A stretch of 63,992 nt of DNA, the filler included, from an uncultured bacterium (GTDB lineage: Bacteria; Auribacterota; CAZIXI01), in assembly GCA_964543115.1 (NCBI GenBank). It is 3 parts of 3 records of this genome, joined end to end, with 100 filler letters (N's around TTAATTAATTAA, not from the genome) between each part and the next. Parts side by side here need not be neighbours in the genome. Positions count along the whole stretch, not along the records: positions 23,920 to 47,605 come from CAZIXI010000018.1; positions 47,706 to 63,992 come from CAZIXI010000053.1; 1 more part is not named here. One strand, 5' to 3'. The notes beneath the pieces are model-generated. The model was given only the letters and a program-made list of their open reading frames with translations. It did no database searches and had not been told where the DNA came from. This document shows, piece by piece, positions 39,424-48,417 of this stretch (its first letter is position 1; each line of letters starts with the position of its first letter). The translations under genes were made by a program, and so were the position numbers.

Positions 39424-40146
39424 TTATCTACCGATACTCAACCGATCGGCTAATATTTCCGGGAGGCCGGCAGCAATAATCTTTTTCTGGGCCCCGGCAA
39501 CATCATATTCCACCCGTTTTAGTCTTAATGTCTGAAATTCTGTATCATAAACTACATAACAGGCCCGGTGATCACCATCTCGCGGCTGCCCGACACTGCC
39601 AATATTAATAATATACTGAGAACCCTCCTCCACCTTATTAATAAATCTATGCCCGGAAACAAAATTCTGCTTCTTCTGATAGGCGACAGCAACATGGGAA
39701 TGACCGATAAAACAGAGAGCATCGGCCTGAATCTCAAAATTAACCGCGGCATCAAATGTATTTAAGATATATCCCCAGCTGCGCGGTGCGTCCAGGGCCG
39801 CATGCACAAGGGTAAAATCAGCCTCCCGCTCAACCAGCTTGAGACTGGCCAGGAAATTTATCTCTTCTTCAGAAAGCTTTTCACTTGTCCACAACACTGC
39901 CTGTTTGGCAAAGGGATTAAAAAAATCAATATCGGCAAGCCCAATCGCCGCGTGATCATGATTCCCGGCGACAATCTTAGTGCATCTCTCTTGAATGATT
40001 TTAATACATTCTACAGGATTGGCGCCATAACCTACAATATCGCCCAAACAGAGAATCTGATCCACCTTCTCCTTAGCAATAGAACTGAGTATAGCCTCTA
40101 ACGATTCCAAATTACCGTGAATATCACCAATTAAAGCATAGCGCAT
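39424..40146 (-). CDS. Metallophosphoesterase (YfcE/MJ0936-like)
   Basis: GDIHGN, LGDIVGYG, GNHD, GHSH, GSVGQPRD. Confidence 0.93.
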   Translation of the reverse strand: MRYALIGDIHGNLESLEAILSSIAKEKVDQILCLGDIVGYGANPVECIKIIQERCTKIVAGNHDHAAIGLADIDFFNPFAKQAVLWTSEKLSEEEINFLASLKLVEREADFTLVHAALDAPRSWGYILNTFDAAVNFEIQADALCFIGHSHVAVAYQKKQNFVSGHRFINKVEEGSQYIINIGSVGQPRDGDHRACYVVYDTEFQTLRLKRVEYDVAGAQKKIIAAGLPEILADRLSIGR

Positions 40147-40180
40147 AACACAATGTCCGCCTCCAGCGGATTTCGATAGA

Positions 40181-40258
40181 TGGTCGGGGCGAGCGGATTC
40201 GAACCGCTGACCTCTTGGTCCCGAACCAAGCGCGCTAACCAGACTGCGCTACGCCCCG
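40181..40258 (-). tRNA. tRNA-Pro(CGG), CCA encoded
   Basis: CGGGGCG/CGCCCCG acceptor stem, anticodon arm CTTGG-TTCGGGA-CCAAG, GGTTCGAATCC T arm. Confidence 0.97.
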
Positions 40259-40329
40259 TTTTTTGACCTCACTGATTTTGATGTTACCTGAATATAGCAG
40301 AAAAAGCAACTGCGCGGCCGCGGCCGTGC

Positions 40330-40884
40330 CTATTTTTCGTGTTTAAAAACCTCCACTACCGTTATTACCGCCAGGGTAATCAACGCGCCGCCGGCAATAA
40401 CACCGCCAATCCAGCCCAGCTTAGTCAGGGTGGTCACAATGGTCCCGGCAATCAGCACGCCGGTAAAAATAGCCAATAGTGCATGGCGCATTTTTATCCC
40501 AAATAAAAAAGCGGCAATACATCCCGTCCAGGCACCGGTTATCGGCAGAGGAATGGCGACAAACATCATTAACCCCAGGGTTTCATATTCTTCAATCATC
40601 TTTCCTTTACGGCGCGTCCTGGCAAAAATCCAGTTAAAAAACATCCGGGGGAGCCGGTAACGCATAAGTCCCTGCTGGGCATAATTAAGAAACAGCAGCC
40701 AGGGGATTACAGGAATCATATTGCCGGCGACAGAAATTAAATAGGCCTTCCACCAGACAAATTTAAACTGTAATATCGCCAGGGGAATTGATCCTCTCAG
40801 TTCACTCACCGGCAAAGAAGCCACTAGGGCCGTCGCCCATTCCGGACTCAGGCCAGAGGTAAGATGTAATAATTTATCCAACAT
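40330..40884 (-). CDS. Small multidrug export (COG2426-like) membrane protein
   Basis: LPVSELRGSIP and FVAIPLPITGAWTG motifs. Confidence 0.85.
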   Translation of the reverse strand: MLDKLLHLTSGLSPEWATALVASLPVSELRGSIPLAILQFKFVWWKAYLISVAGNMIPVIPWLLFLNYAQQGLMRYRLPRMFFNWIFARTRRKGKMIEEYETLGLMMFVAIPLPITGAWTGCIAAFLFGIKMRHALLAIFTGVLIAGTIVTTLTKLGWIGGVIAGGALITLAVITVVEVFKHEK

Positions 40885-40898
40885 AAAATTTCTCCTGA

Positions 40899-41567
40899 TT
40901 ATTTTTCCGACCAGCCTTCTTTACCAACCAATGGCACGAAAACACAGCCACAAAGATCTTTTTTAATAAATTCCCCGCCCTTATGCTCGAGGACAACAAG
41001 TATTTGAGAAAAAGCATTGCCGGCTGGAATCACCAACCGTCCTCCGTCAGCTAACTGCTCTTTCAGCGCTTGCGGTACAGCAGGCGCACCCGCCGTTACG
41101 ATTATCCCATCATAAGGGGCATGCTCTTCCCACCCGAGGGTGCCGTCACCTACTTTTAATTGTATATTCTTATACCCTGCTTTTATTAAATTTTCCCGCG
41201 CCCGCTGCGCTAATTGCGCATGCCTCTCTATCGTATAAACCTCACCCGCCAACTCTGCCAGGATAGCGGCCTGATAACCGGAACCTGTACCTACTTCCAG
41301 TATCCGTTCTTTACCTTTTAATTCCAGACACTGGGTCATTAACGCAACCATGTATGGCTGAGAGATAGTCTGCCCGCACTCAATAGGCAGCGGATGATCT
41401 TTATAGGCCTTCTGCTGCCAGGATCTGCCCACGAAAAGGTGCCGGGGTACTTTACGAAATGCCGCTAATACCTGTTTGTCATGGATATCCCGGGCGGCAA
41501 GCTGTGCTTCCACCATTTGATCGCGAAATTCAATAAAATTATCCACTACTAAACCATGTTTTAACAA
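40899..41567 (-). CDS. pcm: Protein-L-isoaspartate O-methyltransferase
   Basis: VPRHLFV, GQTISQPY, LEVGTGSGYQAA, GGRLVIP. Confidence 0.95.
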   Translation of the reverse strand: MLKHGLVVDNFIEFRDQMVEAQLAARDIHDKQVLAAFRKVPRHLFVGRSWQQKAYKDHPLPIECGQTISQPYMVALMTQCLELKGKERILEVGTGSGYQAAILAELAGEVYTIERHAQLAQRARENLIKAGYKNIQLKVGDGTLGWEEHAPYDGIIVTAGAPAVPQALKEQLADGGRLVIPAGNAFSQILVVLEHKGGEFIKKDLCGCVFVPLVGKEGWSEK

Positions 41568-42201
41568 GCCGGAAAAATCTTAGCGTATCTTTCCAGGGAT
41601 TAATATAACTAGATTCACCACGATAAATACTGCTGATCGGCACCGAGGACATTGAATACCCCTGCGCGGCCAGCTGCAACAGTATCTCACTTTCCGTATC
41701 ATAGCGGCAGGTACGCAACCGCAGATTTTTTAATATATCTGTTTTTAATAATCGATACCCGCACTGAGAATCCGGGATTTCTCTTCCTGTCAGCCGGGAG
41801 ATCAACCAGGACATAAATTTATTTGTCAGCCAGCGAACACGGGGCATATTCTGCGCGTTCTCCATTCGATTGCCTAAAACAACATCCGCTTTTTCCGCCG
41901 CAGAAATAAATTTTGGGATCTCCTTCCAGTTATGCTGCCCATCACCATCCAGAATAATCAGCGCCGCCCAATCCTTATGTTTCACTATATAAGAAAAACC
42001 CGTCTGCAGGGCCGCGCCTTTACCCTGATTAACGGGATGCTGGAGCACTTCCGCTCCGGCTTCCCGGGCCGCTCGGGCAGTATCGTCACCAGAGCCGTCA
42101 TCAACCACAATCACTTCCGGCAGATAACTCCTGGCGCCTCTAACCGTCTCCCCGATCGCCGCTGCCTCATTATAACAAGGAATTAGAACTCCAACTTTCA
42201 T
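41539..42201 (-). CDS. GT2 family glycosyltransferase
   Basis: IPCYNE, VVDDGS.D, NQGKG, DGDGQH, DSQCGYR. Confidence 0.92.
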   Translation of the reverse strand: MKVGVLIPCYNEAAAIGETVRGARSYLPEVIVVDDGSGDDTARAAREAGAEVLQHPVNQGKGAALQTGFSYIVKHKDWAALIILDGDGQHNWKEIPKFISAAEKADVVLGNRMENAQNMPRVRWLTNKFMSWLISRLTGREIPDSQCGYRLLKTDILKNLRLRTCRYDTESEILLQLAAQGYSMSSVPISSIYRGESSYINPWKDTLRFFRLVKTWFSSG

Positions 42202-43076
42202 TTATCCGGCCATACCCTGTAAAATACAAACCACTGAGAAGGATATTCCCGGATGTAACGCTCAAGGATCGCCATTATCTTCTGTGTGGTTTCCTTCTCC
42301 GCTTCTGCAAGACCTTTCCGATTACTATCAGGATAAATCGGCGGCTCAAAAAATAACGTGAATTTATCTTCAGCGTTCCGCACCATAATTGCCAGTAAAA
42401 TCGGCGCTCCGGTACGTAACGACAACACTGCCGGGCCCCGGGGAACCTCTGTCGGCCGTCCCATAAAATCCACCTTGATCCCGACACCGGAAGTAACCCT
42501 GTCCCCGGCTAAGGCGATCAACCGTTTCCTGTGCAGAACATTCAGATATTCCCGCGGCCGTGCGCCGACCGGGACAACCTCCACCCCTTTGATTACCCGT
42601 TGATTAACAAATAGCCGGTTAATCCTGGTATTCTCATGGCTAAGGGTAACGGCACTAATAGGAAATCCTAATAAAGCCACTACTGTAGCCGCCAGCTCCC
42701 AATTACCCAGATGGGCAGTAACCCCCACCACACCCTTGTCCCGCGCAAAAGCCTGCTGAACATTTTCCAGTCCCTTAACTTTAACCAAATCATGAATATT
42801 ATCGGCATTAAACCTGGCAAAACTGAAAAAATCCACCAGATACTTGGCAAAATTTCTAAATACCGCCCTGGCTTGTGCCGTTAGTAAAGATTCACTAACC
42901 GGCGTTTGTTTAACATTAGTTAAAATATACCTCAAATTTTCTCTCACCGCTTTGCGCATACGCCAGCGGCATAAATAATCTAAATCCGCAACCCGGACCC
43001 CGATCCAATAGCCCCACTTACGCGGAATGGTTAACACCAGCCAATGCATAAATTTAAACAAGAAATATTTCAGCAT
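42198..43076 (-). CDS. Lysophospholipid/glycolipid acyltransferase (LpxL/PatA-like)
   Basis: TAHLGNWE, LAGDR, F.G.....P.GP, YPSQWF. Confidence 0.88.
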   Translation of the reverse strand: MLKYFLFKFMHWLVLTIPRKWGYWIGVRVADLDYLCRWRMRKAVRENLRYILTNVKQTPVSESLLTAQARAVFRNFAKYLVDFFSFARFNADNIHDLVKVKGLENVQQAFARDKGVVGVTAHLGNWELAATVVALLGFPISAVTLSHENTRINRLFVNQRVIKGVEVVPVGARPREYLNVLHRKRLIALAGDRVTSGVGIKVDFMGRPTEVPRGPAVLSLRTGAPILLAIMVRNAEDKFTLFFEPPIYPDSNRKGLAEAEKETTQKIMAILERYIREYPSQWFVFYRVWPDK

Positions 43077-44194
43077 TTTTCCCAGTATATTACACGTTTG
43101 GCAATATCCAAACCGGCATTTTTAACGCCTAAATTATTTATTCGCTGCCGCAGGCTTTCCCGCTCCCGGGCACTGCCCAGCAAACCACTGACCTGCTGAC
43201 TTACATCCCGGGAATCGTTGGCCTTAATCGCAACCTGGTTATTGATCAGAAACTCTGTATTCTTTGCTTCCTGTCCGGGAATCGGATTAATGATTATCAG
43301 AGGCAGCTTCTTACTCAGGGATTCGGTAATCGTTAATCCTCCGGGCTTAGTAACCATAACATCAGCAATCGACATCAATTCTTCAATGTTGGAAACATAA
43401 CTAAAAACACTTATAGAAGCCTGGCAGCGGCCCTGTAATTTCTGCAGGCGCCGGTAAAGGCTGCGATTTGCTCCGCAAATAGCAAGCAAGTGCAGCGGCT
43501 CGGGCAAACGGGCCAGATCCTCTACGATCTCATCAATGGAGATCATCCCCCGGCTGCCTCCCATAATCAAGACAACCGGCGTAGAGCCGTTAATCCCGAG
43601 ACGGTGCCTGATTTTAGCGGCCTCCAGTGGGACAGAGAAACGGGGACTGATTGGAATCCCATGAACCTCGATCCGTTTACTATCAACTCCCAGTTGAACC
43701 AGCCTGTCCCGGCAATTAACGGTAGGAACAATATATAAATTAATATCTTTATCAACCCAGTAAGAATGAATACCATAATCAGTTACTACCCCAACCAGTG
43801 GAATCTGGACTTTCCTGGTACGCTTATATTCGGCCATGGCCACACAGGGAAAGGCCTGTGTACAGACAATCAATTCCGGCTTATACCATTGGATAAGACG
43901 ATGAATTTTAATCGTATTCAGTTTATAAACAAGCTCCATGAGCTTGCTTGTCTTCTCCCTGACAACATTATTGTCATAGAGATAGTCCCATAATTCCGGC
44001 GTTTTCCTCAACATCCCATGGTAGCCTTTCATGATCAACTTAGCCAGCACCGGATTTGTATAGTGAAAATGATTAATATTTAATGTCTCGACGTTACGAT
44101 CAACGATACGGATGGCATCCTCAATGGCCATTGCGGCCATCTGATGCCCGGAATTAACGGAAATGTAAAATAAAAGAATACGGTTTAAAGCCAT
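43070..44194 (-). CDS. GT28 diacylglycerol glucosyl/galactosyltransferase (UgtP/MGDG synthase-like)
   Basis: GHQMAA, VVTDYGIH, GIPIS, TKPGGLTITE, PIPGQE; start moved to ATG 44194. Confidence 0.88.
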   Translation of the reverse strand: MALNRILLFYISVNSGHQMAAMAIEDAIRIVDRNVETLNINHFHYTNPVLAKLIMKGYHGMLRKTPELWDYLYDNNVVREKTSKLMELVYKLNTIKIHRLIQWYKPELIVCTQAFPCVAMAEYKRTRKVQIPLVGVVTDYGIHSYWVDKDINLYIVPTVNCRDRLVQLGVDSKRIEVHGIPISPRFSVPLEAAKIRHRLGINGSTPVVLIMGGSRGMISIDEIVEDLARLPEPLHLLAICGANRSLYRRLQKLQGRCQASISVFSYVSNIEELMSIADVMVTKPGGLTITESLSKKLPLIIINPIPGQEAKNTEFLINNQVAIKANDSRDVSQQVSGLLGSARERESLRQRINNLGVKNAGLDIAKRVIYWEKC

Positions 44195-44308
44195 AAAAAA
44201 ATCCTCAGCTAAAACATCCCCCTCTTCCCCTCTCGTCAATTTCCTTAACTACGGATTTAGTTAATAATTAGCGTTAAACATCAAAAAACGAGAAACGAGA
44301 AACGGCTT

Positions 44309-44587
44309 TTATATCTCTTCTCCTTCCACTTCCATCCCAAATTCTCCTTCACTTTCTTCTTCTATTGTAGCAATAATCTCACCCACCTCAACTTCATCAC
44401 CGTCATCAAAAAACACTTCATTGAGGATCCCCGAATTAGGAGAAGGCACAGTGTAGGTTTCATTATCAATAGTCACTTCCACAAGTTCTTCGCCTTCTTC
44501 AACCGGATCTCCTTCCTCAAAACGCCAGAAGGAAATAACCGCGGAAGAAACATCCTCCATCAATTCCGGCATTTTTACATCTTTCAT
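44309..44587 (-). CDS. Stand-alone, highly acidic lipoyl/biotinyl-domain protein lacking the acceptor lysine
   Basis: VKMPEL, GDPVEEGEELVEVTIDNETYTVPSP.SG.L..V....GDEV.VGE.IA: lipoyl-domain fold, with IDN where TDK is expected. Confidence 0.8.
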   Translation of the reverse strand: MKDVKMPELMEDVSSAVISFWRFEEGDPVEEGEELVEVTIDNETYTVPSPNSGILNEVFFDDGDEVEVGEIIATIEEESEGEFGMEVEGEEI

Positions 44588-44604
44588 TTGTTCCTCCTTT
44601 CCTC

Positions 44605-44674
44605 GGGAGGGCACAGTCTATATTCATTCCTATAATAGCAGTCCCAGCTTTGCTGGGACAAGGCCCTCCCCTAC
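44605..44674 (-). repeat. GTAG-type REP carrying the 47-bp module (44613-44659) in its loop
   Basis: Near-identical to 34862-34931; its GTAG includes the lipA TAG stop. Confidence 0.85.
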
Positions 44675-45525
44675 TCTACTTTTGATCTTTTACCTTGATA
44701 TGAACTGCGCACCAACGGGCCGCTCATAACGCGCTTAAATCCCGTTAGCAAAGCATCTTGTTGATATTCTTCAAATTCCTCCGGCCTGACATATCTCTCT
44801 ACCGCCAGACAATCCTGCCGGGGCCGTAAATACTGCCCTAAAGTAACCATATCCACACCCACAGCACGCAGATCTCTCAGAACAGCAAGCACTTCCTCCC
44901 GCCGTTCACCCAGGCCCAGCATTATACCAGACTTGGTTAAAATGTCACCGTTTTTCAGCTTAATTAACTCCAACAGACGCAGACTGCGCAAATAATCTGC
45001 CTGCGGCCGTACTCGGTAATGGAGCCGGACAACAGTTTCCAGATTATGCGCCCAGATATCCGGCGGATTAGCGGCAACAATCTCTACGGCCCGTTCGTCA
45101 CCCTTGAAATCCGGCGTCAATATTTCAATTCCCAGCTTTGGTTTGCGGGCCCGTAACACTTGAATTACCCGGGCAAAAACCGCTGCCCCGCCGTCCGCAA
45201 GATCATACCTGGTTACCGAAGTAATAATTATATGAGAAAGAGCCAGTTCTTCTACCGCTGCCGCAATTCGTTCCGCTTCATCTTCAGCTTCACTCAGAGG
45301 CAGAGGTACCCCGGACTCAACCGCGCAAAAACGACAGCTCCGCGTGCAGACATTTCCCAGAATCATAAAAGTAAGATGCCCGGCACTAAAACATTCACCA
45401 ATATTCGGACAGCTGGCTGAACGGCAAACCGTATTCAAACGTTGTTCTTTCAGAACACCATCTATCCGGCCGAATTGCCGCATATTCGGCCAACCGGTCC
45501 TGATCCAGGCAGGATGAATACTCAT
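44671..45525 (-). CDS. lipA: Lipoyl synthase
   Basis: CRSASCPNIGEC (Cx4Cx5C), CTRSCRFC, HNLETV, GQYLRP, RSSY. Confidence 0.96.
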   Translation of the reverse strand: MSIHPAWIRTGWPNMRQFGRIDGVLKEQRLNTVCRSASCPNIGECFSAGHLTFMILGNVCTRSCRFCAVESGVPLPLSEAEDEAERIAAAVEELALSHIIITSVTRYDLADGGAAVFARVIQVLRARKPKLGIEILTPDFKGDERAVEIVAANPPDIWAHNLETVVRLHYRVRPQADYLRSLRLLELIKLKNGDILTKSGIMLGLGERREEVLAVLRDLRAVGVDMVTLGQYLRPRQDCLAVERYVRPEEFEEYQQDALLTGFKRVMSGPLVRSSYQGKRSKVE

Positions 45526-45603
45526 CTTACTGTATAGAAAATAAAAGTTGTTTTAAATCAAGTCGTTTCTTCATAGTAATTTATCCTGGTTTCGGCTACG
45601 CTA

Positions 45604-45624
45604 GTCCCTAGCTGCGCTAGGGAC
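45604..45624. repeat. Hairpin-only member of the GTCCC...GGGAC family overlapping the lpdA stop
   Basis: GTCCCTAGC-TGC-GCTAGGGAC; supplies lpdA codons TGT CCC TAG. Confidence 0.7.
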
Positions 45625-46924
45625 ATCTTATCCTCTCCAGGGCCAGGGGAAATATTTCCGCATATACGGGATGCGCCCTGAGAATACCCAGCCAATCCTT
45701 AACTGTTATTTTTTGCGTTAAGGCCAGAGTTGCTTCCGCGATTAATTCACTGGCCGCCTCACCCACAACTCCTACCCCCAATAAAAGGTAACTTGATTTA
45801 TCATAGATTATCTTTACCAGCCCGCTTGTTTCCCCCTCAGCCAGGGCCCGTCCCAAAACCCGAAAATAGCCCCGCGCCGTTCCCACAGCATAGCCCTTAT
45901 CCCTTGCCTCCTCTGCCGACAAACCAACCACCGCCAGTTCCGGGCAACTAAAAACAACCTTTGGGATAAAACCATACTCTATCTTTATCTGTTTTCCCAA
46001 GGCGTTCTCTGCCGCTACCTGACCTTCACGCTGAGCCGTATAGGCCAGAAAGGGCGCGCCGATTACATCCCCCGCAGCATAAACATGGGGCAGACTTGTC
46101 TGCAATTTCTCATCCACTGCCAGCCAGCCTTTTTCCGTTAACAGCAATCCTTCAGCAACCGGCGGCAACGGTTGACGGCCTACTGCAACCATTATCTTTT
46201 CATTGCCGGATAACAGAGGATCCGTTGGTTGCAGTTGATAATGCGTCAGAACCTTAACACCGCTATTCTTTAATTCCTTCTCTAACACCCTTACCAGATC
46301 AATATCCTCACCCGGCAAAAGCTGTGCCTGCACCTCTAATAAGGTAACACTAACTCCCAATGAAGTCAAAATAAAGGCCCATTCACACCCATTAACGCCC
46401 GCGCCAATAATCAGCACCGATCGCGGTAATTGTTCTAATCCTAAAAATTCTTCCGGTGAAAAAACCCGTTTATTATCAAACTCCACTCCCGGCAATGTCC
46501 GGGGCCGGGAACCGGCGGCAACAACAATCCCCTTGGCCGTTAACTCCCGTTGCCCTGCTCCTACCTTGTTTGCGGACAACAATTGAGCTCGTGCGGCAAT
46601 AACCTCTACTTTACTGGCATTGAGCACCTGACTGATATCCTTACTAATCGTCAGCGCCACTTTCCGCGACCGTTCAATTACCTGCCGGTAATTGACCACC
46701 GGTTCATTTACCTCTAGACCATATCCTGAGGCCAGAGCAATATTCCGCCTGAGCATTGCGGTGGCCCGAATAGCCTTGGTAGGAATACACCCGCAATTGA
46801 CACAGGTTCCCCCAAGCTTCCCTTCTTCAATAAGGGCAACCCGGGCCCCTAGCTGCACTCCGCGTAAAGCGGCACTATAGCCGGCCGGTCCTCCGCCAAT
46901 AACTATCAGATCATAATTATCCAT
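45617..46924 (-). CDS. lpdA: Dihydrolipoyl dehydrogenase
   Basis: GGGPAGY, GGTCVNCGCIPTK redox disulfide, IGAGVNGCE, HPVYAE; start moved to ATG 46924. Confidence 0.88.
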   Translation of the reverse strand: MDNYDLIVIGGGPAGYSAALRGVQLGARVALIEEGKLGGTCVNCGCIPTKAIRATAMLRRNIALASGYGLEVNEPVVNYRQVIERSRKVALTISKDISQVLNASKVEVIAARAQLLSANKVGAGQRELTAKGIVVAAGSRPRTLPGVEFDNKRVFSPEEFLGLEQLPRSVLIIGAGVNGCEWAFILTSLGVSVTLLEVQAQLLPGEDIDLVRVLEKELKNSGVKVLTHYQLQPTDPLLSGNEKIMVAVGRQPLPPVAEGLLLTEKGWLAVDEKLQTSLPHVYAAGDVIGAPFLAYTAQREGQVAAENALGKQIKIEYGFIPKVVFSCPELAVVGLSAEEARDKGYAVGTARGYFRVLGRALAEGETSGLVKIIYDKSSYLLLGVGVVGEAASELIAEATLALTQKITVKDWLGILRAHPVYAEIFPLALERIRCP

Positions 46925-46925
46925 A

Positions 46926-47605
46926 TCACATTCTCTCAGGCACAGTGACCCCAAGCAAAGTTAAACCGTTATGCAAAATCAGCTTGATCCCCTGGATCAG
47001 TGCTAACCGGGCACCGGTTAATTCCTGATCATGGGTAATAATCTTGTGCTTTTCGTAATAGCTATGAAACCGGGAAACCAGTCCTTCCAGATAATCGGTA
47101 ATAAGATGCGGGCTAAAACAACGGGCGCAAAGTTCAATAATAACAGGAAACTGCACAAGATATTTAATCAGCGCAACCTCTTCCTGTTCCTCTAGGCGCC
47201 CGACAGGCAGACTGCCCCAATCTATTCCGGTTATCGTTTTACCGGCAACATCTTCGTATTTGCGATAAATACTGGCAATCCGGGCATGGGCGTATTGAAT
47301 ATAATAAACCGGGTTATCCGCCGTCTCCTTTTTGGCCACCTCCAGATCGAAATCAAGATGCGATTCCGGCCGGCGCATAACCAGAAAATACCGGGCGGCA
47401 TCAGCGCCAATCTCATTAAGAATATCCCGTAAAGAGATAAATTCACCCGCCCGCGTAGACATGGATACCTGCTGTCCGTTACGGAAAAGCGTGGTCAACT
47501 GAACCAACAACACCCGCAGAGACTTTCGCGGATGTCCCAGGGCCTCTACCGCCGCCTGGAGACGCGGAACATAACCATGATGATCCGGCCCCCAGATATC
47601 AATAA
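46926..47605 (-). CDS. argS: Arginyl-tRNA synthetase, C-terminal part, 5'-truncated
   Basis: IWGPDHHGY, MSTRAG, NPVYYIQYAHARIAS, GLTLLGV..PERM; frame open to the linker. Confidence 0.93.
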
Positions 47606-47705
47606 NNNNNNNNNNNNNNNNNNNNNNNNNNNNNNNNNNNNNNNNNNNNTTAATTAATTAANNNNNNNNNNNNNNNNNNNNNNNNNNNNNNNNNNNNNNN
47701 NNNNN
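47606..47705. other. Artificial contig linker
   Basis: 44 N + TTAATTAATTAA + 44 N. Confidence 0.97.
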
Positions 47706-47903
47706 TTAATGCGCAAAGAGGCTCTGGTATTGAAATTTCAGGAACGCTATGTTGTTGTTATTGCTCAGGCGGACCGCGGCGGCGCCGAACGGCTGGTGGT
47801 GCGGGTGAAGGATCTTTCCCGCTTAAAATTTGATTACCGGATCGCGGTTTACCCGCTGGACGGGGTGAAGGCGGAGGATATGTTTGGTAAAGTCCGGAGT
47901 TAG
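47706..47903 (+). CDS. C-terminal fragment of a gene ending in a degenerate GGDEF-like domain
   Basis: ...RGGAERLVVRV...IAVYPLDG...ED; resembles 50057..50446; contig edge. Confidence 0.5.
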   Translation, partial: LMRKEALVLKFQERYVVVIAQADRGGAERLVVRVKDLSRLKFDYRIAVYPLDGVKAEDMFGKVRS

Positions 47904-47966
47904 GAGGTAGGAGCTAGGAACGATCTCTGATCGGAGTTAGGAGAAAATACTCGGAACTCCGAACTA
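47896..47966. repeat. Intergenic heptamer array (GGAGTTA / GAACTCC family)
   Basis: GGAGTTA GGAGGTA GGAGCTA...GGAGTTA GGAG...GGAACTCCGAACT, ending just before the next RBS. Confidence 0.75.
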
Positions 47967-47980
47967 AACAGGAGTAAACA

Positions 47981-48355
47981 ATGAGTACCGGGAAAAAGAT
48001 ACTAGTAGTGGATGATGATAAGCACTTGCTGGAGATGTTGAAAATGGAGCTGGAGTACGCGGGATATGAAGTTTTTACGGCTGGCGCTATGCAGGATTCC
48101 CTCAATATTGTTAAGCAGAGAGAGGTTGCTCTGGCATTTCTGGATTTAAACCTGGGTGAGACAGACGGGGTGCAAGTTTACAAGCAGTTAAAGAAGATCC
48201 GGCCGGAAATTATCGGAGTTATTTTTACCGGCACCGCAGAAACCTATACGAAATTGCAGCAGAAGATTGTTGAGAGTGATATTATTGATAGATTTTTACG
48301 CAAGCCGCTGCAAGCAGGTGAGATCGTCAAGGCGGCTAAGGAGTTACTTAGTTAG
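47981..48355 (+). CDS. Stand-alone response regulator receiver
   Basis: ILVVDDD, FLDLNL, RKPL. Confidence 0.92.
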   Translation: MSTGKKILVVDDDKHLLEMLKMELEYAGYEVFTAGAMQDSLNIVKQREVALAFLDLNLGETDGVQVYKQLKKIRPEIIGVIFTGTAETYTKLQQKIVESDIIDRFLRKPLQAGEIVKAAKELLS

Positions 48356-48404
48356 GAATTGGGAGTTCGAACTCCGAACTCCGATCGAAGATCGCTCCGA
48401 ACTA
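48350..48404. repeat. Intergenic heptamer array/hairpin (AGTTAGG / GAACTCC)
   Basis: AGTTAGG AATTGGG AGTTC GAACTCC GAACTCC...CTCCGAACT. Confidence 0.75.
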
Positions 48405-48417
48405 AAAGGAGTAAACA

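Noticed and set aside
40181..40258. tRNA-Pro as an island integration site
   Set aside because: No duplicated tRNA 3' end was noticed in the window and the flanks are housekeeping genes.
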